The translations under genes were made by a program, and so were the position numbers. From Octopus sinensis (Eukaryota), in NCBI RefSeq assembly GCF_006345805.1, contig NW_021836174.1, forward strand, positions 1-64,000: a stretch of DNA of 64,000 nt. The letters run 5' to 3'. The notes under the pieces are model-generated. The model did no database searches. It saw only the letters and a list, made by a program, of their open reading frames with translations, and was not told the origin of the DNA. Shown here piece by piece: positions 11,938 to 25,300 of this stretch. The stretch's first letter is position 1. Each line of letters starts with the position of its first letter.

Positions 11938-13882
11938 GTATGTATTTCTAATTAATGTAATTTCTAAAGATTCATTTCAATACACACAACCCCCACCCCA
12001 ACTTCTTAATGCTTTTGGTTTCAGTTTTATTACAATTAATTATTACAATTATCTCTATAAATTAGTACACTTAGCTTAGTTTTTTATCTCTACCCTTTAC
12101 TTGCTTGAATCATTGGACTGTAACCAGGCAGGGACCCCACATTGACTCCAGGTTTACTTTTTAAGTTTAGTACTTATTTTAACAGTTTTTTTTGCCAAAC
12201 TGCCAAGTTATGGGGGATGTAAACAGACCAACGTCAGTTGTCATGCAGAGAAAATGGCACCAAATACAAAAATACACACACACATACTTACACTCCCATC
12301 CCCCCACACAAAGAGCTTCACGCACTTTCCACCATCTCGCAGCACAAAGTTTTGTTTGGTCCAGGTCTTTAGTAGAAGACACTTGCACAGGGTGTCATGC
12401 AGTGGGACTGAACCCAAAACCACATGACTGCAAATAGAGCTTGTTAACCACAACACGATTCCTGTGCGCATTATAAAAAAAATCTCAAAGCTACGAGATA
12501 ATCCGTGATTAATCCGAAACAATGGAAGTAAATAAGGATTACATTTGAGAGAGTAATTTGAATGTTAATGAGTTAAAGTTATATATTTGTAGTTAAGGAT
12601 ACCAACAGACCCCTGTTTTCCCTAATACCCAGGATATAATATAAGTGATTAATCTTTCAATACCCATTTACTCCCTGCTGTTTGGTCGTCTAGTATTTAA
12701 ATATGGCATAACTGAGACAAAATATAGTTCTGAGAGAAGCCAAATCAGCTGATTTATTTATGGATCACTGTATGTGATGCCAGATTGGACATATTTTTGT
12801 TTCCAAAACTGTGTCAAAAAAAAAACCACCCTTGGCCCTATATGCAATATTAATTCACCAACCTTGCTATCAGTGGTGAAAGGTTAGCATAGACCAGTGT
12901 TCCCAATTTTGTCTAAATTATGTGGTATTCAAATACAAGATATCTAAGTAACAGTAGACTGTGTGGCATTGAAATATTGTATTAATCATATATGAAACCA
13001 TAGGCATCAGAATGGCCATGTAGGGACAATAGTTATTAGTCAGTATTCTTAAATACAATGAGCCGTTTCAACTTTATATAATCTAGAGCAGTGATACACA
13101 ACTGGGCTCCATATATAAGATTTTGTAGGGTCCTTGCAAGTAAAACATTAAATTAGGGACCTGTGGTTGTATATTAAGGGTGCATGAAAAACTTCTGCTT
13201 ATAATATATCTACTGCATGAAACAGCGAGGCTTCTTTCTCTCCTGTTTTTACATAGCTCAACCTACACAAGTGAATGTGTGAACAACAAAATAGGACTTT
13301 TGAAAGAAGTTTCTATAAAACTAGTTTTAAATGGCTGTGGGAGTCCACCAGACTGAAACAGTAATCAAAGGGATCCACAGATAACAAGAATGGTTGAGAA
13401 CCACTGGTTTAGATGAAATTAAGGTGTCCTATGAGTGTAACTAGAATATTGGTTTAACTCTCAGTCAGAGATTCTAGTGACGTAGAATGCCAGGTTTAAA
13501 TTCAACCCAAACCAGTTCTACTTATTTATGGATTTTAAAATTTCAAGAAAGAAGATTTCTCACCATTTAGAAAATACACATTTTCTCAATGAAAATGCTG
13601 CTTGCCTCTGCCTCAGTCCCTTCTTTCATACTTTAACCCTTTGCCTCATTACATTAAGCTACCAAACCCCACTGACCCACGTTTTTCAGCCTTGCAAGCT
13701 GCCTGGCAACCTCACTAGTGTCGATGGCATGGGAAGGCACCCAGACCATGTTGTAAAGTGATCGGCATTAGGCAGGGTACCCTGCTGTAGAAGCCATACC
13801 AAAGTAAGCACTGGAACACAATGCAATCGCTTAACCTATTGGATTCGGTTGAAACATTTGATCCATGCCAACTTGGAACAGG

Positions 13883-14022
13883 GATGATGACGATGACGAT
13901 GACGATGATGATGATGATGATGATGATGACGACGACGATGATAATGATGATGATGATGACGACGACGATGACGATGACGACGACGACGACGACGATGATG
14001 ATGATGATGATGATGATGATGT
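13883..14022. repeat. (GAT/GAC)n microsatellite
   Basis: Directly visible in the sequence. Confidence 0.95.
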
Positions 14023-14123
14023 CAAAGGCCTATGGGAAACTCAAAGATAAGAACCCAAATAGTAGAATACAAACCTTCATAATGTTTCTAAGACTTTCTC
14101 TTTTTGTCTCTCCTTTGGCACAG

Positions 14124-14246
14124 ATCAAAAGGTCTGTCCAAACAATCAGTGGGCATGTCCAAATGCTGAACGTTGTATTCCGATAACGAGTGTGTGCAAC
14201 GGGAAAAATGATTGTGACGACGGAGCAGATGAGGTCTTCACTTGTT
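14124..14246 (+). CDS. LRP2: LRP2-like exon, LDLa repeat
   Basis: ggcacag|...|gtaagt; 123 nt, phase 1-1; [37 protein letters not shown]. Confidence 0.92.
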
Positions 14247-15169
14247 GTAAGTAATATCTTTAAATTTGTAAAGTAGAAATGTTTATATGTAGGTAAATAT
14301 AATGTATTTAAGTATACCCCACCATCCCCACACACTTCCTGTGATCTTTGTTGCTCCCTTTCACCTTTCCTGATCCCACCTACTTCCTCCTTTTTTCCCA
14401 ATTCAACTGGTATTTACGACTGACCAACCCTTCACCATACCCATCACCTACCGTATTTCCCCCTATCCCCTTCTCTATATATCTGCCACTTTCCTTTCGC
14501 TCTTTCATTATCTTACCCACTCACATCGTTTCTCTTATCTTCCTCTTCCTGCAACTTGAGGGAAACCCTGACACATCTTCACCACCATTGTCTCTCCCTT
14601 TTCCAACTGGGGGTAACCATATCCTTCCGTCACCTGTTCCTGTCCCTCTGTCATATTTTAACCTCTTATCACCTGCCATAAACCCCCACACCCCTACAGC
14701 TGGTTGAGTCTTGCTTGTTACTTCATGACCTCACTATTGCTGGTACCGCAAAAAGAGCACAGGGTAACCTCTATGAAGTGGTTAGCATTAGGAAGATGCA
14801 TCCAGCTATAGAAACTATACCAAAGCAGACAGTTCAGTTTGGTGCAGTCCCCAGGCTTGCTGCCCTTCTGTTGAACTGCCCGGCCTAACTCTAGCATGGA
14901 AAATGGACATTAAATGCTGATGAAGATGATGCATACATGCATGCGTGTGCTATTCTTTTATTCTTTTACTTGTTTCAGTCATGTGTGGCCATGCTGGAGT
15001 GCCACATTTAGTCGAACAAATCTAGCCCAGGACTTATTCTTTGTAAGCCTTGTACTTATTATATCGGTCACTTTTGCCGAACCACTAAGTTACAGGGACA
15101 TAAACACACAAACATCAGTTGCCGAGTGATGATGAGAGCACAAACACAGACACACAAATAGACACATAC

Positions 15170-15301
<132 letters not shown>

Positions 15302-15452
15302 AATTTACAGGGAAAAAATCAGATTTAGGATTAAATCGATTTTATAGTAAAATATTATAAAATATTATTCAAGACAAAACCACTATTTTGCAAAACAAAC
15401 AAGGAAAGACTTAATTAATACATAAAATTTTAATAAATAGTCAAAAAAACCG

Positions 15453-15495
15453 CCACTACAATCGTTTCTTGTCTTGATCGACAATCTTCAGGTGG
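15453..15495 (-). ncRNA. Mirror copy of the minimal hammerhead ribozyme
   Basis: Exact reverse complement of 15556-15598. Confidence 0.75.
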
Positions 15496-15555
15496 ACTTC
15501 CAATAATTCAGTGTCAAATTATGAAGTCATAATTTGACACTGAATTATTGGAAGT

Positions 15556-15598
15556 CCACCTGAAGATTGTCGATCAAGACAAGAAACGATTGTAGTGG
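15556..15598 (+). ncRNA. Minimal type I hammerhead ribozyme
   Basis: ccac-CTGAAGA-ttgtc(gatcaa)gacaa-GAAA-c(gatt)g-TA^gtgg; predicted cleavage after 15594. Confidence 0.75.
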
Positions 15599-16675
15599 CG
15601 GTTTTTTTGACTATTTATTAAAATTTTATGTATTAATTAAGTCTTTCCTTGTTTGTTTTGCAAAATAGTGGTTTTGTCTCGAATAATATTTTATATATAT
15701 ATATATATATACAATGAGCTTCTTTCAGTTTCCATCTACCAAATCTACTCACAAGGCTTTGGTTGGCCCAAGGCTATAGTAGAAGACACTTGCCCAAGGT
15801 GCCACGCAGTGGGACTGAACCCAGAACCATGTGGTGGGGAAGCAAGCTTCTTACCACACAGCCACTCCTGTGCCTCTATGTATACAATTTTTATCAAACT
15901 GGGACTTTGTTGGTTATGAAGGCAAGGGTTCCATTTGATCCGATCAACTGAACGGCCTGCTCACTAATTAACATGCAAGTGGCTGAGTGCTCCGCAGACC
16001 CACGTACATTTAATGTATTTCTCAGGGAGAGTCAGCATGATACAAAATGTGACAAGGTTGGCTCTTTGAAATACAGAAACTACTCATTTTTGCCAGCTGA
16101 ATGGACCAGGGTCACTAGCGTAGCTAGACTTTGTGCCACCCAGGGTGGCCCTTTCCTTTGCTGCCCCTGGACCCCACAAAAAACACATATTACCTACACC
16201 AGACCCAAAAGTGCTGCCCCTTTAAAAGTGCCACCCAGAGCAGAACACCCCTAGTGCCCCCCACCTAGATATGCTAGCAACCAGAGTACCATGAAATGAA
16301 GTGTCTTGCTTAAGGATACAATGCACTACCTGAAATTGAACTCACAACCTTAATATCATGAACGGAATACTCTAACCACTGAACTACATTGCCTTCACTT
16401 GCACTCATTATATGTTATAGACACACATTCATACATTAATATAAACATGTTACCAAATATTAATGCCTTGCAGGCACGTGGTGGTACTTCCTTATGAAAC
16501 CATGATCTACAATTAAGTATATTAACACGTTTTTGCAAGTCAGTGCCATGTTCTGCTGTGTTAGCAGTGCTACTACATCGCTTGTTTACATATCTGTAGA
16601 TATAAACAAATATCTAAGCCATTAACCTACTCCTTCAAGATTTTCATGTTTCTTATATAATTTCTTTGTTATTAG

Positions 16676-16795
16676 CTTCAAGGCGTTGTGGTTTGTTATC
16701 ATGTCTATACAGATGTAACCCATCTCCCGAAGGTGGTATGTGTTATTGCGCGGATGGAATGGCGTTAAAACCAGACGATAAAAGGACTTGTATTG
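16676..16795 (+). CDS. LRP2: LRP2-like exon, EGF-like
   Basis: ttattag|...|gtaagt; 120 nt; CGLLSCLYRCNPSPEGGMCYCADGMALKPDDKRTCI. Confidence 0.9.
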
Positions 16796-16849
16796 GTAAG
16801 TATAAAGTAATTGCATAAATACAAGTCTTAATAGACATGGTAGGATGTC

Positions 16850-17640
16850 AGGCAGTGAGCGAGCAGAATGAGTAGCATGCTGGATGAGAAATGCTTAGAA
16901 GCATTTCGTCCGTCTTTACGTTCTGTGTTCAAATTCCACCGAGGTCGACTTTGCTTTACATCCTTGTGGGAGTTAATAAAATAAGTACCAGTTGCATACC
17001 GTGGTCAATGTAATTGACTTACCCGTCCCCTGAAATTGCTGGCCATGTGCCAACATTTGAAATCAATATACATTTTAAGATGTACAACATAATTATTTTT
17101 ATTTAAAAAAAAACCCTTGCAGTTATTTATTTATTTATTACAATTGTTATTGTTGTTCCTGTTATTATTATTTTCATTATTATTGTTATTGTTAAGGCAG
17201 GAAGCTGGACGAAATGCTGGACGAAATACTTAGTGGTATTTTGCCTGTCGCTATGTTCTGAGTTCAAATTCCGCCAAGGTCAACTTTGCCTTTCATCCTT
17301 TAGGGGGTCGATAAATAAAGTACCAATTGATCACTGGGGTTGATGTAATCGACTAGTCCCCTCCACACAAATTTCAGGCCTTGTGCCTATTGTTGTCGTT
17401 GTTATCATCCTTTTTGTTATTTCTCAGATGCTCAGCTGGTAGAATTATTAGCACATCAGACAAAATGCTCAACAGCATTTCCTTCAACTTTACATTCTCA
17501 GCTCAAATTTGCTGAGGTCATCTTTGCCTTCCATCATTTCAGTTTCAGTAAAATGAGTATTAGGTTGGCACTGGGGTCGATGTAATCAACTAGTCCCCTT
17601 CCCCAAAATTTCAGGCCTTGTGCGTAGCGTAGAAAGAATT
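16850..17640 (+). mobile_element. Three tandem SINE family A copies
   Basis: Copies at about 16850-17070, 17195-17390 and 17428-17640. Confidence 0.8.
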
Positions 17641-18012
17641 AGTATCACAACTTCCTTTTGTCACAAGACCGAAGTAGGGCAAAATATGTCTGCTAGCAAG
17701 CCCTAAGTAGCACAAGATGTGCAAACCATCTCCAAGTAGACCAACATGTGTCTGTGTTCTTGAGAATCACTGCTATGATGGAGTTTTGCCTTGCTCTGAT
17801 TTATATTGTGGTTATAACACAACATGTTTATCAAGAGATTTTCTCTCTGACAAAAACCACTGCATCATACCTTTCAATGCTGTACATATATTTAGCATGA
17901 TACATAGATGGCAATTTTATTTTAATGCTGCTTTGGCTGAATTTACCATGTTATTTATTTATTTTCCTAATGATTATCATTTAATAACCAAATCCTTATT
18001 TGACTGCTTCAG

Positions 18013-18138
18013 ATTTCAATGAATGCTCCAGCTGGGGATACTGTGATCAGATCTGTACAAATAAACAATATGGATACACATGTTCTTGTCAGGCAGGGTT
18101 TACATTAACAGGAAAACAGATGTGTCGAGCAAATAACA
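18013..18138 (+). CDS. LRP2: LRP2-like exon, calcium-binding EGF
   Basis: cttcag|...|gtaagt; 126 nt; DFNECSSWGYCDQICTNKQYGYTCSCQAGFTLTGKQMCRANN, similar to recalled megalin EFDDCQIWGICDQKC...CKAND. Confidence 0.93.
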
Positions 18139-18240
18139 GTAAGTTGAAAACATATGAAAATTTTCTTAATAAATGTCGCCTCATTTGTCAGGGATTTATT
18201 TCTTCACTGATCAAGGAAAACACAATACGCTCACCTGTAA

Positions 18241-18680
18241 ACCATGTGCTGGTGCCAAGGAAAAAGCACCTGGACTGGCTCCACATTAAAAAGTACCTGG
18301 ACTGGTTCCACATTAAAAAGTACCTGTACTGGTTCCATGTAAAAAAATCACCTGTGCTGGCTCCACATTAAAAAGTACCTGGACTGGTGCCATGTAAAAA
18401 AAGTCACCTGTGCTGGTACCAAGGTAAAAGCACCTGGACTGGTTCCACATTAAAAAGTACCTGCACTGGTTCCATGTAAAAAAAAAAATCACCTGTGCTG
18501 GTGCCACGTAAAAAGCACCTGGACTGGTATCACATAAAAAAGTACCTGTACTGGTTCCATGTAAAAAAAATCACCTGTGCTGGTGCCACGTAAAAAGCAC
18601 CTGGACTGGTTCCACATAAAAATGTACCTGTACTGGTTCCCTGTAAAAAAAATCACCTCTGCTGGTGCCATGTAAAAAGC
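18241..18680 (+). repeat. Minisatellite, ~16 x ~27 bp with an A-B-C higher-order pattern
   Basis: Variants of aaaaagcacctgtgctggtgccacgt running into the RTE-type 3' core. Confidence 0.9.
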
Positions 18681-19119
18681 TCCCTATACACTCTGTAAAG
18701 AGGTTGGCATTAGGAAGGGCATCCATCCTTGCCAAACCTTGCCAAAACTGACAATTGGAGCCTGATGCAGTTCTTTGGCTGGCCAGCTTCTGTCAAACTG
18801 GCTAACCCATACCAGCAAGAAAAACGGATGATGATGATGATGATGGTGAAGTTGATGCTAAGCTTATCACAGATCGATTCCTGACAACACTTGTCAATGA
18901 TCAGTTGAAGATTCTGCTCACATTGCAAAAAAGTACCCTGGTGGGTACCCACAATGCTCAGCTACCCAAAATGCTCTGACAATTGCTTGTGTTTAGATGC
19001 TGCTGCTGCAAGGCAGAGTGTTTTGCGTATGGATTATGTACTCATGCCCATCAACGTGGGACAAGTGAGCAGAAAAATATACAAAGGCAACTGATCCTAA
19101 CAAATAAAGCAGACAAGTA

Positions 19120-19862
19120 TTGGGTCATCCCATAATTCAGATAAAGTTCTTTTTTAATCTAAAATATAATCTCCTTCCTTTTCTACAATGCTCTTCCATC
19201 TGTCTGGTAGACTTGCAAAGCCCCTCTTCAAAAATCCACTTATCCTTGATGAAAAGTACCCCTATTTCTCATCACCAGTCACTATTCAGTCCAAAAAAGG
19301 TTCATTCATGAGACGTAACAGCAAAGGGGAGCACTCATTCACTCTCTGCACACAATTAAACTCTGTAAGTTTATGAGGAACCCATTGACCCAATTTACAG
19401 ACTTTTCTAATGGTACACAGGTATTGATGAGTGGTTGAATGACCAAATCCAAACTTCTCTGCTAGTTCCTCAATAGTTACAATGGGATCTTGTTGCAGGA
19501 CAACATTGTCAAGCTCTGAAGATGTTCCAGGATGAAGCTCGTCTTCTTGGTTGTAGTTTCCAGCTCGGAATTTCTGTAACCACCTTTGACACTGGCTTAT
19601 GCTTATTGTCTAGTCCCCGTATACCGCATTGATATTCCTTGCACTTTCCATTGTGTTGTTGCCTTTATTGAATTCATAAAGCAAAATATTCCAGATATGC
19701 TCCATTGTCACTTCCATTATAGCTTTGAAAAAATAACTGTTAAAATCGAACTGCACTCTTCAAAACCTGCACTAAGAATAAGGACAAGGTAGAATTACAA
19801 ACTGCTTTTAAAGGTAGTTTAACCCATCTGAAAAAAACTGCATTATTTATGGGATGGCCCAA
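19120..19862 (-). mobile_element. Internally deleted mariner DNA transposon
   Basis: TIRs ttgggtcatcccataa / ttatgggatggcccaa with TA flanks; decayed transposase LLYEFNKG...QRWLQKFRAG...WVPHKL...IVTGDEK. Confidence 0.88.
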
Positions 19863-20059
19863 TATATTCTGTACCAGAAAAGGTAGAGTTAATCAAGAAA
19901 CTATGTGACAATGAGAGCTTTACAGAAATGAGTTTGGTATTTTGTTTTATTTGGAAAGTGCAGAACAATGATCCAATTTTAATTGTTTTTTTTCGCTTGA
20001 ACCGAACTCCTGTGATAAATGAGAAGAGATGTATTTCAAAATTTCGTTTCTTTGCCTAG

Positions 20060-20226
20060 GTGAAAGCGCAAGATTAATCGTATCCAGTAACAAGAGACTT
20101 TTTTCAATGAAGACAGATGGTAGTGACATAAAACTTATAGCCACAACATCGATAAGTCCTGTAGCTTTTGATTCCTATCGAAATAAGATATTCTGGGCCA
20201 ATGCTCACGACTCAGATAAACGAGAG
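20060..20226 (+). CDS. LRP2: LRP2-like exon, beta-propeller 1 start
   Basis: gcctag|...|gtaatc; phase 1-0; ESARLIVSSNKRLFSMKTDGSD...VAFDSYRNKIFWAN. Confidence 0.88.
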
Positions 20227-21659
20227 GTAATCCAAAGTTTGATTCTCATTTCCTTTCACAAGGATTAATTAAAGATTTTAAACCCTTTAAAACCACAGAT
20301 TATAAACTAATCCAGTATGTTTTATGTTGTTATTGTTGATGAAAGCATGGCACTGTGGGTAAAATGTTTGCTTCCCAATCAAATGGATTTGGGTTCAGTC
20401 CCACTGGATGGCACCTTGGGAAAGTGGTTTCTTCTGTAGTCAAAGCCTTGCGAGAGGATTTAGTAGATAGAAATTGAAAGAAGCCCACTATGTATATATA
20501 TATATATGTGTGTGTGTATGTGTGTCTGAGTAAATATGTGTTTCTTTCTTTCTCCTTGTCTTGACGACACATGATTGTTGTAAATGAATGCCACTGATCC
20601 CTAATATTCTGAAAAATGATGTCTGATCATGGGGTTAATTTTACCTTACTTGGAAACAGAGAAGGGTTTGTGACAGGAAGGGCATTCAGCTATAGAAAAT
20701 CTAAATCTGTCCCACTAACCCCTGTTTGAGCCATGCATGTGGACATTAAAGAATAACGGTTAGCAGAAGAATTTCTTACACTACAAATAGCAAGGCCTCT
20801 TCAGAAATTGAGTCCAAATCCCAAAGAGCTCAACTTTGATCTTCAAATTTTCAGTGATCAATGAAGTAAGTACCAGTGAAATGGTAAGAGTGTTTTAATC
20901 AAGTATTTCCTCACTCAGTGTGTTTGGCTTTCAAGGGTGGAATCAACCTTGGTTCTTCTCCTTCCAGACTTGATAAAATAAATACCAATTAATTAATAGG
21001 GTAGATAAATCAACGATATCCTTCCTCTCAAGTCTGAAATGTTGTATCAATGCTGTGTTCCAATTGTACCTAGAATAAAAAGGAACGTAATCTCAACCAG
21101 ATTTCTGTTGTTAAAGCTGTAATGAACCACACACACAGATAACGAACATAAAATACTAGAAATAAACAATTGATCGCTTTGCGGCTTTGTAGTCAAGGGT
21201 GTTCATTGTTAAGGGTGTCCCCCACAGGTGTTGTTTACTTCTGGTTTAAATGGGGAAAAAATGCATGTATAAATGAGCGAGACCTACACTCTTTGCAGCT
21301 GAGGAAATTATTGATAATATTTATTCTTTAGACAAAGAGTTTCTATTTATGAGGCAGTGAGAGAGATTCAGACAATCAAATGGGAAAAAGTGATGAGGAA
21401 AGCAGCAATTCGGGTGAACAAATGCGATAGTTGTGAAAATGGCTTATTATTGTTATTATTATTATTATTATTGAATGGGGTTTTTTTTGTGATTCTTTCC
21501 ATTTGTTTGTCTGCAGTCATTACTCTTGAGCTGTAAATGCAACATTAATTTTTCTGCTCAGGAGCCCGGGTTAAGGGTAAAGTTTGACACAGGGGCCCAG
21601 GTCTGAAGATATTGGAGGGTGAATGAGGATGAATTCTGCTCTGGTCAATTTTGCTTTCA

Positions 21660-21719
<60 letters not shown>

Positions 21720-22173
21720 GTGCTGGTGGCATGAAAAAAAGAAAACACTCAGTGCACCCTGTAAAGTGGTTGCTGTTAGGGTTAGGGTATCCAATTGCAG
21801 AAACCCTGCCAAAGCTGACACTGCAGCACGAAGCAGCTCTTGTCAACCCATCCAACCCATGCCAGCAAGGAAAACAGACATGAAATGATTATGATGATGA
21901 TGATGGCAGTGGTGGTGGTGGTGATGATGATGATGACCCCTTTGTCACCATAATAACCAGCATTCACCCATATTATTTTTACCTTCTCATACACTTCCCC
22001 CTCCGCCATCCTCCTTTTTAACCTCTCTTCTCCATACCTAGCTCTTCCTACCCATCCATCTCCCTTTCCTCTTCATCGCCCTTCCTCCTTTCCTCCTCCT
22101 CCTCCTCATCATCATCTTCATCACTATTTCCCCAATGTTGTGTCGGAGTTAATTGTCTCTATATTCATTTCAG

Positions 22174-22397
22174 TTTTGGGAATCTGATTTATCTGGTGAG
22201 AATAAACGTTCGATTCCACTCAGAACGACATTCAGCATTGCTTCACTCACCTACGATTGGATCGCCAACAACTTATATTACATCGACGATGCTGCTGGCA
22301 TCCTTGGCATCTTTAGTCTCGACAGCAGACGTCAGTCTAACATTATCACTTCAGATCTAACGAGAATGATTTCCATAACACTTGACCCTCTTGTTGG
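22174..22397 (+). CDS. LRP2: LRP2-like exon, YWTD-type repeats
   Basis: tttcag|...|gtaaga; phase 0-2; [12 protein letters not shown]...[14 protein letters not shown]...ITLDPLVG. Confidence 0.92.
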
Positions 22398-22549
22398 GTA
22401 AGACATCTTAGTTATGTTTCCTTTTTTTCTTTTTTCTTATATTTCATGATTCAGTTTCATTCCTTATTTCTTTCCATGAAGAATCAAATCATTGATTATA
22501 GGTTTCCAGAGGAACCAGCCACTGGTTGCTGCATACATACATGTGTGTT

Positions 22550-22551
22550 TG

Positions 22552-22615
<64 letters not shown>

Positions 22616-22627
22616 CCTATCTATCTA

Positions 22628-22695
<68 letters not shown>

Positions 22696-22711
22696 TCTAC
22701 CTATCTGTCTG

Positions 22712-22772
<61 letters not shown>

Positions 22773-22790
22773 TTATCTACCTATCTATCT
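22550..22790. repeat. (TCTA/TCTG)n microsatellite
   Basis: Directly visible in the sequence. Confidence 0.95.
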
Positions 22791-22875
22791 GTGTGTGTAT
22801 ATATATATGTGTGTGTGTGTGTGTGTTTGACAATTTACTCATATATAAGTAATAATGTGCTTCTTCTTTTAACAG

Positions 22876-23085
22876 ATATATGTTCGTTGCTCTTTGGGGA
22901 TACAGCTATGAAAGGGTCAATGGTATTTACCGAGCTTTTATGGATGGAAGTAACATGGTGTATTTTAAAACATCGAATTATACCTTTCCACGTGGAATTA
23001 CTGCTGATGTTATTTCCAAAAGGATTTATTTCATTGATAGCCATTTCGACCAGGTGCTGACCTTTGATTACAACGGATTAAACAG
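22876..23085 (+). CDS. LRP2: LRP2-like exon, YWTD-type repeats
   Basis: taacag|...|gtaaat; phase 2-2; YMFVALWGY...[10 protein letters not shown]...[34 protein letters not shown]. Confidence 0.92.
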
Positions 23086-23204
23086 GTAAATAGTCAGCTT
23101 TCACTTTACTTCAAGTTCCTCACATGTTATTTGCGTCAGATTATTATTATGCCATGCCACAAATAAGACGCTTAATATTCCCAGTGAGTTTGGTTGTCTT
23201 TTTG

Positions 23205-23520
23205 AAGGCAGATGGCTTAGTGGTTCAGGTATTCAGCTCATTATTGTAAGGTCATGAGTTCAATTCCTGATGGCATATTGTGTCCTTGAGCAAGATGCTT
23301 TATTTCATATTGTTCCAGTCCACTCAGCTGGCAAAAATGAGTCGTACCTGAAATTCAAAAGGGGCCCCCCTCATTACATTCTATGTCATGCTGAATCTCC
23401 CTGAGAACTACATTAAGGGCATGCATGTCTATGAAGTACTCAGCCACTTGCACTTTAATTCCATGAGCAAGCTGTTCCATTGATCCGGTCACTGGACTTT
23501 TGTCATCACAACTGATGGAG
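23205..23520 (+). mobile_element. tRNA-derived SINE family D
   Basis: ggcttagtgg A-box; gagttcaattcc B-box; tccagtccactcagctggcaaaaatgag core. Related copies near 15900-16400(-), 23820-24090(-) and 42030-42305(+). Confidence 0.72.
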
Positions 23521-24325
23521 CACTGGTTCCTTATCCTTTATGCATATTAAAGGATTAGTAAATAAACTACCACATTCCTAAAATTGGTGCCATAGTTGAT
23601 CAGCAGATTTTTGGAATGGAAAAAATGTGCCAGAAAAAATTTGCTGGAGAAGTTCATGAAATTGAAAGGCAAAAATAAAAAAAAAAATATCAAATGTTTT
23701 GGATAAAAAAAATTGTTTCACAGAAGGAAACAACCAGCCAATTTCTTATCCCTTTCCTTCTGCATGAGACAGTGATGGCTACTCTGAAAGTCTACTGGAC
23801 AACTGATACTCCATTAGTTAGGACAGCGAGGGTCCCAGTAGATCCAGTCAATGGAACAGCCTACTCATGAAATTAACCTGCAAGTGGCTGAGTACTCTGT
23901 AGACATGTGTACCCTTAACATAGTTCTCTGGAAGATTCAGTGTGACAGAATGTGACAAGCTGGTCCTTTGAATTACAAGTAAAGTGCAGTTTTGCCAGCT
24001 GAATGGACTGGAGCAAAGTGGAATGAAGTGCCTTGCTTAAGGACACGGTGTACCTCCAGGAATTGAACCCTTGACTTTATGACCATCAATACTGTAACCA
24101 CTAAAAGATGACTTGATGCTGATCAAGGATTACGTTTGACTCATGAATGCAATAATTTATTTACGAACCATTTTCTAGATAAAGCATTGGCTGTTGATTC
24201 TCAGAAAATAGCAAGAATTTCATGTATGATCCATTAGCAATAAATAAGAAACAATTATAATTGCAAAAAATTCTCTTCCGTATCATAAATTCTTATAATT
24301 GTTATGTTCATCCATGTTTTTGTAG

Positions 24326-24534
24326 ATTTGAAATCATTGCGGGAGGAAAATATATTCCATCACCTGTGGCAATAACACATTTTGAAAGCCATCTCTTTTG
24401 GGCTGATTTGCATAAGGGTAAAATTATGAAGATGAATAAAAATGGTAGCATTTCCACTTTAACAGAAATATATCACAATACTTCTGAAATTCCTGAAAGA
24501 TTGAAAATTTTCCATTCATCTTTGCAACCACAAG
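24326..24534 (+). CDS. LRP2: LRP2-like exon, end of propeller 1
   Basis: ttgtag|...|gttagt; phase 2-1; IPSPVAITHFESHLFWADLHKGKIMKMNK...LKIFHSSLQPQ. Confidence 0.92.
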
Positions 24535-25165
24535 GTTAGTATCATCTTTCTACCAAGTATGTTTCGCTCAGGAACACAACACACAACTGATCTGAGAATT
24601 GAAACCCTGACCTTATGAGTATAACATCCTAACCACTAGACTGGGAACCTTCACAGTTATTACATCAAACATCATTGTATTAGAAGTCATCTATTTTAAT
24701 TATATAAATTCAAGAGAAACTTTAGGTCGATTCAATCAATGGAATTCAGTTTAAGGCTAAAAATCATATTTAGCATAAAGTATTTTACTGCCATGGTCAT
24801 ATAAAATTGCCATTATTTTGACCATATTCCACTGAGGTCGACTTTGCCCTTCATCCATTCAGGGTGAATAAGATAAGTACTAGTTGCGCTCTGGTGGGCA
24901 AATTTAACCCGTCCCTCAAAATTTCAGGCCTTCTGCTTTTAATAGAAACGATTATTTTTCACCACATGAATACAGAATCACATTACTCCTTTTTGAAGGA
25001 GTAATGACCAGCTCACAGTTGGTCCAACTAATAGATGGTTTCAGTGAAGTTAACAGTGTTTTTGTGTTTGTGTCATTTATGCTGAAATTATTGTAAAAAT
25101 TATTCTTGTATTGTACTTACAAAATATCTACAGGAGTTTAGAACAATAGTTTTATATTTAAATAG

Positions 25166-25300
25166 GAAGAAATCCGTGCAAGCAGGCTAAATGTCAACAT
25201 ATTTGTGTTGTGACTCATACCTCTGACAATGATGGGCTTGGTTACCGTTGTCTGTGTGAAATAGGTTTCATTCCTGATTCAAACCAAATTAATTGTACAC
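25166..25300 (+). CDS. LRP2: LRP2-like exon, EGF-like
   Basis: aaatag|...|gtaagt; 135 nt; RNPCKQAKCQHICVVTHTSDNDGLGYRCLCEIGF...NCT. Confidence 0.93.

Larger units (their letters stand above)
15356..15695. repeat. Near-perfect palindrome: 169-bp arms, 2-nt spacer, 1 mismatch
   Basis: 15356-15524 is the reverse complement of 15527-15695 except the 15371/15680 pair. Confidence 0.97.

Noticed and set aside
18241-18680. Repeat-spacer-like pattern or repeat-protein ORF
   Set aside because: It is an intronic minisatellite derived from a retroelement tail; the ORFs are short products of the repeat.
22446-23060. 204-aa and other YIYI/SIYL/poly-residue ORFs across the window
   Set aside because: These are translations of TA, TCTA, CAT, TAA and CA microsatellites.
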